Under the pieces are notes generated by a model. It ran no database searches, was not told where the DNA came from, and saw nothing but the letters and a program-made list of their open reading frames with translations. The position numbers and the translations under genes were made by a program. Below are positions 29,534-42,525 of a stretch of 64,000 nucleotides of DNA, piece by piece. Every line of letters starts with the position of its first letter. Position 1 is the first letter of the stretch. Where the stretch lies: the NCBI GenBank assembly GCA_964035545.1, contig OZ037771.1, positions 14,693,133 through 14,757,132 on the forward strand. The letters are read 5' to 3'. This DNA comes from Bugula neritina (lineage: Eukaryota > Animalia > Bryozoa).

Positions 29534-31279
29534 TCAACATGAGAAAACAACTTCACATCTTGTAACTTCAGATAAAAAGAGAATTACAAAGAAAATTTAA
29601 AATGCAGTAGAGAACTAATGTTTTATAAAAAACCTAGTTTAGAAAACAAATACCAGCTTTAAAACAAAAGAAGTTTGAACAACTTGCAAATTTATTATTG
29701 CATAATATACTCAGAATATTTACTTATACAAGTTAGAAATGATATAAAATAATCGGTTGATAATTATAATGTAATTATTATTGCATAATAATAACAATTA
29801 TGTCGTAATACAACTAGGCTAAACTACACCACTCAGATAAATGATAGCTAGTTGATACATTCATGATTCACATAACTTCTGATATTGGCTTCAATACAAA
29901 ATAAAATTTAAAACTTTAGTAAAACAAACGAAATTTGAATCACTAGCCACAAGTCTTGCTTTGCAGTTGAAGATTTTTTAGTTTTCATTTTAGTGTAAAA
30001 CAAAATTTGAATTTAAGCAATAAAAATCCAGATTGCTGGGTTTGGCTTATAATCTACATATTAGCTTAAAAGTCATAAACCCAGTTGGGAGGTTGCAAAA
30101 AAGTAACTTGTAAACGAAAAATAAAATATTGAATCTACTATCATGAGAAGTATATAACCAGCTTAATAGTTGTATGACCATAAAACCATAAAGTTAAAAT
30201 TATTAAATTGAAGAATATTTTTTCCTTAATTCCAATTTTAAATTATATTCATATTGATATTACTATTAGTAATGATTATAATAGTTCAAGTTGAACTATT
30301 AGTATTACTGTTGCTATGACTATTATAATATTAATTGGTAAATTAGCATTACTAAACAGCAAATACTAAAACTAATACTAATAAAAATCACTGTAATCAG
30401 TAATAGTAACTGTACCTGTAAGTGTAATTATTAAACTTAATCACTAATGCTAATGCCAATGGCAATGCTAATTGTTGTTATGAGCATTACTGTTATCAGC
30501 AGTATTAGATTTAGTACTAGCAAATTCAATTTGAAAGAATTTAAATTATCATTAATCATAGCCATAATGATTAAGTGATACTGATAATCATAATCATAAT
30601 GATAAACTCACAATCAAATCCAATATCATAATGATAGTGATAATGAAATATAATTTTACTTTGAGATTTGATTTTATCTGTCTAAATCTTTTACTAACAA
30701 GCAACTTTTCAAATAAATAAAAACGCCCTCCTACATTAGGTATGCGTTTGCTAGTAAAGATAGATTTGTTTACGAATAGAATCAATAATTGCTTATTGTG
30801 TGCTATTCATTCATTGGTAAAGCATAAAAGCTGCCATTTGTTTTCATTTGTTACCACAAGAGGTCGTTGCAGTTTCGAATTAGTCTAACCTTGACCTTGT
30901 CGTCCTTAACAATTATATTTATACGCTAAGAGCAGTTTTCAATTTTCATCATAAAATTTCACGGTTATTTGTATTTTTAAAGCTTTTAAAATTTTATGAA
31001 AATGCTTTTTGTTGTTTTTTAATTATTTCTCTTATTAAAATAATGTAACAAATTAACAAAATTCATGTTTTTATTTTCTTTTTTAAAAATGAGCTGTGTT
31101 TACATTCAAACGGTAAAAAGGCCGACAACAATGTGATCGAAACTGAAACTGCTGCTGGTTTTAGTCTGGAAGTGGAATTCTTTTACTCAGAAGACTTCGG
31201 TTTTTTCTAGACAGCTTAATACAACAGAGGCCAGCACACTGTTAAACTCTCTTAGTGTGAAAATAACTAGTAAAGCACC

Positions 31280-34200
31280 ATGTCTTTAGCTGAACAAAAA
31301 TATGATTTACTTCTTGTAAATACTCTGACAGACAAAGCGATTAAGGACCAGCCTTGGTGAGTAACACAAACTCAAAGTAATAAATTATAATACTCATACT
31401 GCTATTCCGTACAATTGCAGCACTTTTGATCCTAGCCAGTATAAATAAACATGCTGTATAGCTATTCATACATAATAGTATCACCAAAACGGATGGACAT
31501 AAAAATTAATAAACTTCACCTTTGTCACGTGATGCCTAGAATTTACACAATTCAGTGTGTGGTTTCATCTAAGCATATGTTCACATTGGGAATTGCTCAT
31601 TCAGCAATTAACTGATTATTTAAGGTACAAGGAAAGAATTCGCACAAAGTTAATCAAGTCTATGAACCCCAGAAGTATATCAAAGTTTTTAAATACTAAA
31701 GATTGGACATTCGTTAAAGATGGACTCGATGATTTTCGAGACGGTCTACCGCCACCAGCCCACGATAGTGACGTTATACAAGTCAGTTTGAATTTTTTTT
31801 ATTTTACTGTAAGTTTTTTATTTTAATTTCGATTTATGTATTTTATACATATTTTTATTTATAAGTGTATTTACTTGTCATCTGAGCACCTTCTATGGTT
31901 GTAGCGACCAAAAGGTTTAGGCCCATCTCTCACAGGAAATGGTAGCCGGGAAAGTATGTCTAATATAAAAGATACAGTTAATAAAAACCGGTTTACCAAA
32001 GAAGATATCTGCTATTCAACTATAACTCCTTTGCAAAAGCAGCGAAGAGATCATATTGACGAAATTGAGTATGGCCTGTTGCAACACCCCCTTGCACTGT
32101 ACCCACATCTTGAAGACGGTGTACCTCCAGATGTAAGTGCTATTTTGTTTACATCATTATATAAACTCACGCAAGTTCAAATTGTTGTTATTCCTGTAAG
32201 AACTTTATCTCTGGTGAAAAAAGTTTTTATAAAGAAAACTGAAGACTTTCTCTAATGTGGCAAAGGAGCAATTATGACTGAATGCTTTTCTTAACATCGC
32301 CAGTACAGGTTTTTTACTTGATCCACTTTATTAGGCCAGCTGCACTTAAACCAATACCCTACAACTGCTTTCTTACAGATTGTTATATAAATAATGTTCA
32401 TATTGTTTATGTAAAACTACAGCTATCAGGTAACACGGCAATGTGTCATGCTGTCCAAGATTATTAGGTGCACCACGTCATGTTATAATATTGTATCCAC
32501 CGGCTCTTCAAATTTTCTTTAGACATCAAAAATCATGGTTATACTACAAAGAATAATTATTTAAAAAACATCAGTTTTTGCAACTTTTGATGCCATGAAT
32601 AATTTTATTTTGTTTTAAGTAGGCAGGCAGTGTCTGTCTGTTATATCTATGTTATTCTGAGTCATAATCTATTTATAGGTATTTGAAGACATAGTGGATC
32701 TGTTGGATCCGGAAATGAATATTGAGTCAGAAGACGAAGACGGTGAAGATGATGACGAATTGGAATCGTTGAACAACGGATTTGAGTCATACAACAATCA
32801 GCAGATGACAGACCTCCCTGCACAAGATACACATCCTCTTTCTTACCAACAGCAATCTGCAGACGTGTACGTACCACCTGTTCTCAATAGCAATCTGCAG
32901 ACGTGTACGTACCACCTGCGCTCAATAGCAATCTGCAGACGTGTACGTACCACCTGTTCTCAATAGCAATCTGCAGATGTGTACGTACCACCTGTTCTCA
33001 ATAGCAATCTGCAGATGCGTACGTACCACCTGTTCTCAATAGCAATCTCCAGACGTGTACGTACCACCTGTTCTCAATAGCAATCTGCAGATGTGTACGT
33101 ACCACCTGTTCTCAATAGCAATCTGCAGATGTGTACGTACCACCTGTTCTCAATAGCAATCTCCAGACGTGTACGTACCACCTGTTTTTAATGACAATCA
33201 GCAGATGTGTACGTACCACCTGCTCTCAATAACAATATGCAGACGTGTACGTACCACCTGTTCTCAATAGCAATCTGCAGATATATGTGTACGTACCACC
33301 TGCTCTCAATAGCAATCTGCAGCAGAAAGTTTATGGTTGCAGATTGCTAAAATATATATAACTGTATGGGTGTATATTACAGAATATTGCAGTATACAGT
33401 TCTACTAAATCGAGTTGAGTTACTTTCTATCTTGTAGCTGTTTATCCGACGTGAAGATTTAAATTTTCTCCCACACTGCATGCTCTATTTTCACATATAT
33501 TATGATGAATATACCGTAATACGGAATTGTCTCATCTTCCTAGATGCATTTGGCTGAGGTTAAACAAGTTATACAGGTATGATGTGTTTTATTATAGAAC
33601 TCAAGACTCTCTCAAAAATATGTACAAATGGCTTCCGAAAAAAGAGGAAACCGCAAAAAAGTCAAAAAAGAAATCCCAAGATGTCCGCCCTGAGTCACCG
33701 TCACAAGACACTCATATTAAAGTGTGTAGTTTCTTATATAATTAAATAATATTATGTATTTAATAATATTATGTAATATGTCTTATGTGATCATATGTGT
33801 TATTTAGTAACAAACTATATCAAAGTGTGTAGTTGTTATGTAATACTATGTGTTGTGTAGAGATTTGTATTATGTTATATTCATATGTATTGTGTAATCA
33901 TATAATTTAGCTTGGCAGCTTTTAAATCCATCTTTAAAAAAATTTAATTGTACAAATTTGTAGGAGGTGACACAAGATTTCTGTTCTTGGGTGGCTGATC
34001 TTGGTGGAGAATCAAACAATATAGAGGAATCGACTATATACTCTCTGTTTGCCAGTGGGTGAGTCATATACACTAAACTATATACTCTCTGTTTGCTAGT
34101 GCGTGAGTCATATAGACTATACACTCTGTGTTTGCTAGTGGGTGAGTCATATAGACTATACACTCTGTGTTTGCTAGTGGGTGAGTCATATAGACTATAT

Positions 34201-37027
34201 ACTCTCTGTTTGCTAGTGGGTGAGTCATATAGACTAAACTATATACTCTCTGTTTGCCAGTGGGTAAGTCATATAGACTAAACTATATACTCTCTGTTTG
34301 CTAGTGGGTGAGTCATATAGACTAAACTATACACTCTCTGTTTGCCAGTGGGTGAGTCATATAGACTATACACTCTCTGTTTGCTAGTTGGTGAGTCATA
34401 TAGACTATATAATTATACTCTCTGTTTGCTAGTGGCTGAGTCATATAGACTATATACTCTCTGGTTGCCAGTGGGTAAGTCATATAGGCTATATACTCTG
34501 TGTTTGCTAGTGGGTGAGTCATATAGACTATATACTCTCTGTTTGCTAGTGGCTGAGTCATATAGACTATATACTCTCTGTTTGCTAGTGGGTAAGTCAT
34601 ATCTCAAAGTTCACTCATGCACATGTCTCAGTTTGTTTTTAAATAAACTGATCAATGATTTGATGAAACAAATTTGGTAAATCAATTTAGGTTTAGCTAC
34701 ATTAGGCTGTAGTATTTATGACCTGTATTATATTGTATTGTAGATATGAGACTAAGCCAGCTCTCTCAGTTCCAATCCACGTAGTCGAACTCACCAATGT
34801 ACCTCCTGAGTTAAGGATGTCAGCAGCAGTGCCAGAAAATGAAGAAGTGAAAACAGTGGTGCCTTCCAAGAAGCCTAAACCTAAAGAATGGGTAACTAAT
34901 ATTAGGGCTTTTAGCCGCTTCATCACCAGCTTATTTTTATAAAATAATTAAAAATAAATAGCTAATATTTGGAAAGAGACATTGCAAATAAATAAAAAGC
35001 AATACAATAATATGATTATTCAATAATAAACATAAAAAATAAAAAAGACGCTCTCCGTGGCGGGGAATCGAACCCCGGTCTCCCGCGTGACAGGCGGGGA
35101 TACTTACCACTATACTACCACGGATTTGCTGAATAAGGTACTCAAATAGCCAACACAATTCATATAAGTAATCATAGAATTGTAATCTTATTTCGTAGTT
35201 TATTTATGTATAAGATTATTGTGGTTACTTACATTACCTAATCTTCACAATAAATCAGTTTTCATTCGATGCCTACGCAATGTTTGTAATTTTCTCATAT
35301 ATAATAATCACTTTTCATTTTTAGTTAGTCTTCCTTCATACAATAAATATAATGTTCTAAAATATGAGATACTGAAGTATTAAATAATAAAATTATGTCC
35401 TGAACTTTTTAGATTTGCAAAGCACATCTAAACAAAACACAACATACAGAGCATATATACTGTATATTATTACTTCAGCTGTTAAAATCAGTAAAACTTC
35501 TTCAAATGAAACCTCAACTTTTTGTAGTCATACTCTTTTGGCAATTATGAACCAAGCTGGGCTAACTTCAATTACGGGGCCTGGTATCTACCCCCTAAAA
35601 CATGGAAGAAACGTGCAGCTGATGAACCACTACTAGATCCTAAGCAAATCAAAGTAAGAAAACACTTTTTATTCTATTAACTTGAAGAATCCCTGGCACA
35701 CTTAACTTATGCAGTACTAAAATATTCTTATATATGTTAGTTTTCATTTACATACTGTTTGAGGTTGGATGCCTAAACAATTTTGGTTTATAATGAATTT
35801 TGTGCTAGTATGTACTGAAATGATTTGGGATTTCTGATCGCCTGGAAATGAAATTTTCAGTCGGCTTTGACTTTACTGCTACTATAAAACTTATACTAAT
35901 TATAGCCAACTTTCATTGCATGCTATTGTTAGCTGCTGCACTGCACGGCATAATCACTGAGCCATGGCTTGGAAGTTCTGAACCTATTTCGGTGTGTATT
36001 TGTAAATTTTGCAAATTTAAAGTTTTGAATTAATATATTTAGAATAATTTTCTCTCATCAGGTTCCATATTTACGAATTTGTCTACAAAATCTTGACCCA
36101 TGAATTATCTTCCCAGACATCCATGTGATGTTTTAGAAACAATACCTCACACAGTGCTATACCACACACAATATTATGTTACAAGAACAATGCCACACAC
36201 AATATTATGTTAAAGGAACAATACCCTTCAAAGTGTCATTACATCATATTATGTTATGTTGCAGGAACAAGATCACACACAGATGAAGAAGAACAGTGAT
36301 GAACTAGATGCAGCACTGGCTCCTATACATGGCTCTTCTGCCTTTATGGAATTTATTAACAAGAAAAACACGAGAAAGCCCGAGGTATAAAATTGTTCAG
36401 AAAGTTTGAATGTTTATAGGCGCTGGAAAATGCTCAGAGAGAGGTTTATTATCAAATAAAATGTTACCCCAAGTCTCTAGGCTAATGGTATTATGCAATA
36501 TACTTATATAACTTGAGGTAGTTCTTTCCTGCTATTAATTATAGCTCATTATAAACCAATACCACTTGTGTCATGACACCATCCTCTATTATTATTATCT
36601 GAGAGGTTCAAGGTGGGGGGGGGGGGGGTTACTTGTGAGTCATGATAGTGAGTCATCTAGAACAATCCAACAATCTAGTTAGTTTTCTTGACCTGCTCTA
36701 GCTTACTAGGCTATGACAGCAAATTGATCTGATAGAAAGAAGGGAAACAGTTCTGTACATTCTACTATAATTAATATATAACCTCGTGTGAATTGAGCTT
36801 ATATTATGATACCGAAGTATATTACAGACTATAGCTGTATTATTTAAAATATATAAAATAAACTAGGACTGTATTTAAGATTATATTGTTGATTTTGATT
36901 TTAGTTTTTGACCAGAGTTGCTGCAATTCAGAAGAAGCAGAAGGAAGAAGAGGAAAAGCTGAGGCTAGAGTTGGAGGCTAAAAACCGGTCTATGGCGAAA
37001 CGTCTCGCAAAAAGTCAAACAACGTAG
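31280..37027 (+). CDS. FAM47E: FAM47-family (FAM47E-like) protein, ~461 aa, 10 exons
   Basis: Exons 31280-31356, 31625-31781, 31905-32132, 32679-32866, 33598-33721, 33964-34058, 34744-34891, 35528-35653, 36265-36384, 36905-37027. Motifs PWYKER, FVKDGLDDFRDGLPP, HPLALYPHLEDGVPP, DFCSWV..LG, YGAWYLPPKTWKKR..DEPLLDPK, HGSSAFMEFI.KK.TRKPEFL. Confidence 0.85.
32189..32305 (-). mobile_element. tRNA-derived SINE, truncated copy 2
   Basis: Shares GGAGCAATTATGACTGAATGCT and upstream TTCCTGT.AGAA with the copies at 3443 and 42526; lacks the tRNA head. Confidence 0.65.
32848..33322 (+). repeat. 38-bp minisatellite spanning the FAM47 exon 4 donor
   Basis: Unit AATAGCAATCTGCAGACGT|GTACGTACCACCTGTTCTC, ~12 copies. 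Confidence 0.93.
34032..34601 (+). repeat. 39-44-bp minisatellite spanning the FAM47 exon 6 donor
   Basis: Unit GACTATATACTCTCTGTTTGCYAGTGG|GTGAGTCATATA, ~14 copies. Confidence 0.93.
35053..35124 (-). tRNA. tRNA-Asp (GUC)
   Basis: 72 nt: TCCGTGGTAGTATAGTGGTAAGTATCCCCGCCTGTCACGCGGGAGACCGGGGTTCGATTCCCCGCCACGGAG. Perfect 7-bp acceptor stem, GTC anticodon, G73, T6 Pol III terminator at 35041-35046. Antisense within FAM47 intron 7. Confidence 0.96.
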
Positions 37028-37498
37028 CCAAGAATTAGTGTAAAGTTGTTAAAGAATTTATTTGAAATGGAGACAGCATTGTACACACAATTAATTATAT
37101 AGATATGGTCATTGATAACATGATGTAAAATACTAATAAACAATATTAAAAGTATATTCTACAGCTTAAAATAAAACATAACACAAGTCTAAACAGGTAA
37201 TATTCTTTTTCAGGGTAGCTTCAGTAATAAATTAGGAGTTTTTGTCTCATAAAAAAAAAACTGATTCAAATTCACTAGCTTTTGAAAATCTCATCAAATT
37301 TTTATTCAACATCCGCTGAGTTACATCTTTAACCGCATTAGTAGGGCACTAGATGGTAACTATAATGAGCTGAAAGTCAATATAATAATACCATGCAGAT
37401 TATGTAGTTCTAATTTGTACTCAAGAGGTGACTTCAACATAACTAAACTATGCTATGGAGCTTATAAGACTATGGAGCTAAGACTAGGGAGCTAATAC

Positions 37499-38204
37499 CA
37501 GGGTTAGGGTAGGCCTAATTGTAATTTGTAATTTTAATTGGTTGTAATTATTTACATTTTTCAAGTAAATAAATGTAATTTGTAATTGATGTATAAAAAT
37601 GTAATTGTAATTTTAATTAATTACATATCTAATGTAATTGATTTTTACAATTACTTTATAACTACATGTCAATTACTTCAAACTTTTAAATCTTAAAAAT
37701 TTCATGCTTTTCCTACTGCTAAGTAACAAGTTCAGATTAGCTAGGTCAATGTAGTATAGTATCACTATTGAGCACAAAGAAAGTTCTCCATGGCCAATAT
37801 TGCCCCAGGTGATTTTAGGTAAAAATGGCATGGTAATAAGGGCATAAATGAAAAAGTAGGAATAAAAGGCACACTGATGTTAAATTTTCCCAACCCCAAA
37901 CTCAAACCCTCAACCCATGAAACCCAGCCCCAAACTCAAACGCCCATTTCCAAACCTAAATCTCCACCGCAAACACTCAACCTTTCCCCAAACCCTAAAA
38001 TTGAAAATGTGACATTTTTTCCTACTTATATCCATTTTACCATTATTGCCAGTGCCATTTTTACATGTGCCAATTTTACTGGACATTGCCACAGGTGGTT
38101 GAATCCTAGAAGTGAGATTGCATAACTTCTATTTATCCCTTGTGAGAACAAAAGTATTTGTAATTGTAACTAATTACATTCACATGTAATTGACCCCAAC
38201 CTTG
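37499..38204. mobile_element. Degenerate hAT-like non-autonomous element
   Basis: Left end CAGGGTTAGGGT; right end ACCCCAACCTTG (reverse complement CAAGGTTGGGGT, 2 mismatches in 12). TGTAAT/ATTACA subterminal arrays at both ends. No clean 8-bp TSD. Confidence 0.5.
37805..38090. mobile_element. Foldback/MITE-like element nested in the hAT-like element
   Basis: Imperfect ~55-bp inverted arms GTAAAAATGGCA...GTAGGAATAAAAGGCACA and TGTGACATTTTTTCCTAC...TGCCATTTTTAC around a C/A-rich (AAACCC-like) core. Boundaries approximate. Confidence 0.55.
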
Positions 38205-38212
38205 GACTATAT

Positions 38213-38961
38213 CACTGCGTTTCCATGAAGGCGAATGAATGCGTACGAGTGCCCGTACGGATTGCATCGAAGGAAAAACCACACGTTCCTATGCAATCCG
38301 TATGAAGTTATCTTCTCTTTGCAATTGTGACCGCTGAACTAAAATGATAATTGATATGGCCAACTTTGAGTTTGAGTTCATGCACAACGGCAATTTTTTA
38401 ATTCTGTCCCCATTTTTGATAGATTAAATCAATCAAATACACAAACTTTGAGTCAGTTTATTTAAAATAAAAAAGCATAAACCAATGAAAGCATAAAGTA
38501 TTTCTCGATCGATAAACTTAAGCCTAAAAGTAATTTAAATTTCCAAAATGAAAATAGCTGTCAACTTATTTTTAGCTTGGAAAAGCTTTGGCTTACGGAA
38601 ATTTTTTATAAATTTAAGATGATTAGTAACTATTCTAAATAATAGCAGCTATGATAAATAAAATGATTTAAATTTTTAAAAGTCGAAGTTCACTTTAGCG
38701 TAGGTTGTAACTTATAATTATTGTTTACATCGCGTAACTATGTAACTAGCCGCCACAAATGCTGATCTCTGCCTCCGGCACAAAAGGTTTCATTCGATTT
38801 AACCGAAGGAACCATTTCCATTATGCGCATAATGCGAAGGAAAATTTTCATCGAAGGAGCCGTTCGGTGTAATTTCCGGCTGCGGTTTTGCTGCGATGCA
38901 ACTGTTTCCATAGGGCGAATGAGAAAATCCATTCGTATAATGCGATAATGGAAACGCAGTG
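38213..38961. mobile_element. Non-autonomous DNA transposon (MITE), CMC/EnSpm-like
   Basis: Perfect 14-bp TIR CACTGCGTTTCCAT ... ATGGAAACGCAGTG with AT/AT flanks; 749 bp; no ORF. Confidence 0.85.
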
Positions 38962-39746
38962 ATTAAAGTATAGAGCTAATACTAGGGAGCTAGTACTAGG
39001 GAGCTAATACTAGGGAGCTAATACTATAGAGCTAATACTATAGTGCTAATACTATAGAGCTAATGCTATGGAGCTATTACTATGGAGCTAATACTAGGGA
39101 GCTAATACTATGGGTTATCAAGTTATGATTTCAACTCAATTTTAATTATTGTAGTATTTAAACCAAATAGGTAAATAGGCAGTTAATAGAAGGCATTCAT
39201 GAAGTAAACAAGTTTTAGCATTAATTTAAACAGTTTTATGTGGATTCAAAAGAAAATAAAAATTATCTTCCAGCCCAAATTTTAACTCCAGCAATATATA
39301 TTAACATAACAATAGCGTGCAGCTGTTTAGGTGAATTTAGGCTCATGCAAAACCTAAAAGATAGAACCTTTATACATGCTATACCAGCTAGCTTTACAAT
39401 AATAATATATGTGAATTATAACACGGTTTCTACAGCTGTTCCTATTGATAGGACAAAAAAGTGAAGGGCCAACTGGTAGTGCAGATAAAGTTTTATATAG
39501 ATCGAGCTTACCAGTGTACGTTTTACATTAGTCATTCAGTGTGTATGGGGTTGCTGCATACTCAATCAATCAATCAATCAATTTATCAATCAGTAATAAT
39601 ATATTGAAAGCATCAGTACGTTCTGCTAAACATTGTGAATACTCTCTTTAATTCCATTCTCTGTATCAAAATATAATATACTTTGAATAGATGATTTTTG
39701 TGTTGAAAAATATTTTAATTATTTGGTGAACAAATATTCCAAGTTT

Positions 39747-39932
39747 GGGGATTTCCCTTTATAAATCTTGTTCAGTATAATCGCTACGGAGTGCAGTCAG
39801 CAGTTGGGTGACTTACAGTGGCAGCAGCTCGTAAGCGCGTAATTCTACACTAATTGCATCACTGCAGCAGCAGCTAAGAAGTTCAATTGCTGTGAAAAGT
39901 CTCTGTAGAAGTTTCTGATTAGCTGAGTAAGT
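39747..39932 (+). promoter_or_regulatory. Putative promoter (kappaB site + TATA) and non-coding exon of novel gene A
   Basis: GGGGATTTCCC at 39747-39757, TATAAAT at 39760-39766, then a GC-richer segment ending in the strong donor GA|GTAAGT at 39926/39927. Confidence 0.5.
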
Positions 39933-40196
39933 TTTAGTAATTTCTTTTATACGGAGATATCAGCACTATTTCAAGATTCAACACTTTTATGATCTTAAAA
40001 TATATCTTCATTTAATCCATTAATTTATGTGTGTGTGTGTGTGTGTGCGCGCGCGAGTGTGTCATAGAAGCATATATTACGGTATAAAGTATAAACATTT
40101 TGTTTATAATAGGTCATGTATATCTTGCATTCTTTGTTTCTAGTTTAATTTTACAATGCTGTTTTGCCAACAGTTTCAGAGCATAACAACAAAAAT

Positions 40197-41647
40197 ATGA
40201 ATAATTCGGCAACTTTCGATGTGGAAGCACAAAATGGAAGCTATTATAAGCTTGTTGTTGAAGAACACGGAGAGGACTCTAATTGTGAATATACGGTGCC
40301 AATAACGTATTAGCAGCCATAATAATTATAGAGTGATTTTGATTAAAGAATGTTGTTGCAAAATTGAAAACTAGCAATTAGAGAAATCGTGTTTATTCCA
40401 TTAGTTAAACCTAAGGTCTTGACTGTTTTATTTGAACACACTGAAAATTAAAAAAAACATTGTAATCTTAAAAAACTACTACCCCACCACTAACTAAATA
40501 CAGACCTCCAAATTGCTAGCCAGCATGCTATATGCTACATGAATTATACAGCCCCCCCCCCCTCCCAATGTAATATATATGCAACTTTATAATGAGTAAT
40601 ATAATATAATACAGTTTATTCTGTAGAGCCTATGCTAGTGTGTGCACCTTCTGGAGAACTGAAGTAACACTACAAAGAATTTGTAAATGTGGAAAGCAGT
40701 AAGTCTTTCAAATTAGTACTTTGGTTAAATTAAATGCTGGTACAGTGACACAGCCTCTTTTAAGTTACATCATCACAATTTTCAGTGTTTCCTGTTATGA
40801 GCTATTTGCCTATACAACGGAAACGATTCCGTTTGGATACAGCTTTAACTTTTGAAGAATTTAAAATATTTTCTGACTTGTAATACATTTATAGCTTGCA
40901 AATACATTTTCTAGCTTTAAGACCTCTTGCAACAATTGTATAATATATAGGAATAAATGCAAATAAAATAAAATGAAATATGAATAAATATAAGTACAAA
41001 CAACTATTAATTTATTGATAGAATTGAAGTAAGCTACAGCTGATCATTATGACTGATGATTATAAATCTTGTTAACATTTGGCAACTGTATAATACGCTG
41101 ATTTCTGTCACAGCCACCACAGATTTCACTCTGCTATGATATGACTTGCTCCTATCAGTCAAAGCTCTGCAATCAGCCCTCAAACCCAATGCTGCAGCTG
41201 CTATAGCTCCAATGAGTTGCAGCGTTGTTCAAATTGAGCGTTTGAAATAAATAGGTCGAATAATGAAAATATAATAATGATATAGGTCAACAGTTCAATG
41301 CTATGTGCTAAAAACCTCATAAAGAATAAAACAGAAATATAAAAGAGATTATAGAAATTTTATTTTTGCATAATTTATTTAAAATCAAACATTCTCAAAG
41401 CTTATAATTTAATATACTCCAATATAATTTTCAAAATTTGCTCAACAAAAAGACTGGCTAATTTTTTAAAAGAAAGAATAAAGCAATTTGATGAGCATCA
41501 TAATTCTTAATTATATTTTTTAGTTCAAGCGGAACAACAGAAACACACTACAACAAAGACTGTCATTGGGTTAGAATTAGAGATGATCATAGCAAGAAAG
41601 TGTATCTTTATAGAAAGTGTTGTTGCCAATCACCTACACCTGAATAA
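40197..41647 (+). CDS. Novel small His/Cys-rich protein A (101 aa), two HCCC-type units
   Basis: Exons 40197-40306, 40627-40698, 41524-41647 (both introns phase 2) give MNNSATFDVEAQNGSYYKLVVEEHGEDSNCEYTVPITAYASVCTFWRTEVTLQRICKCGKHSSGTTETHYNKDCHWVRIRDDHSKKVYLYRKCCCQSPTPE. Supported by exon-by-exon homology with gene B. The first donor (AC|GTATTA) is weak. Confidence 0.8.
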
Positions 41648-42525
41648 GACAGCTACCATATAATGACTTCTAAAATCAACATACTATGATAATTTGTGTG
41701 GTTTTTATCTTATGAAGTTGAAGATTTCTACTTAAAAAAAGTTGCCATTTTAAGAATTTAAACTATGACTTCTTACTCCATCTATTTACCTAGGTTCACA
41801 GATTTTGTGAGCTCCTGAAAGTACAAAAAAAAGCAAATGAAAATTTAATTCTGCATTTGAAAAGGTAGAAGTTTAAACTAAAATGTATACTCTAAGAATA
41901 ATACACGCAAGTACAAAACACAAAAAATATAATAATATTAACCAAAATAATTACGTTGATTTAATTATAAAATAATTTGGCTGAAAAAAAGTTGATTATA
42001 TATAATAACATAATTATAGCGAAGCAAAAATGTTTTCTAATAATTATATTACATATCTCACCCATAATGTTTATACGATCAACAAACTTTATGCAAATTG
42101 CTGTAGAGTGTTTGAATTATAGACGAGGCATGATGTGAACAAAATGTCTTAAAATCAAATGTGTTGTACAATATTTGTAAGTACAGAAAGATATAATATA
42201 ACCTACAATAAATGTGAAAATTGTATAAAAATTCAATGCTTGAAAGAAAAAAATTAAAACTACATCAAGATCAAAATAATATATTCTATTACATAACTAA
42301 CGCTTATACTGTGGTTGTAGCTTTTTGTTTGTCAATTCCTTCGCTCTTTAGCATTTACAATTTTTACGTATTTGTATTCGGTTACAGCTTGAGGCTTATT
42401 GCATAAGGAGCTATTGTTAAGCTTTCTTTAACTAGAACCGACATAAAAATCTCTATCTTTTTCTCCTGTTCATTATCACTTCATTTTTATTCATTTACAT
42501 ATAAAACTCACACATGTAAGTTTAT

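Larger units (their letters stand above)
37453..39113. repeat. 14-bp minisatellite (TAGGGAGCTAATAC) interrupted by transposons
   Basis: Units at 37453-37498 and 38970-39113 flank the inserted elements. Confidence 0.8.

Noticed and set aside
32848-34601. Regular 38-39-bp repeats as a CRISPR-like array
   Set aside because: Head-to-tail units with no unique spacers, no cas genes, and a eukaryotic intron context.
40786-40855. Alternative terminal exon for gene A (VSCYELFAYTTETIPFGYSFNF)
   Set aside because: Phase-compatible but shows no similarity to gene B.
41114-41237. Possible exon of gene A reading HHRFHSAMI-TGA-LAPISQSSAISPQTQCCSC, with TGA at an H-x4-C-like position (selenocysteine?)
   Set aside because: Exon 41524-41647 is a far better homologue of gene B exon 3 (20/40 identity, no stop), and I saw no convincing SECIS hairpin. 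Likely chance.
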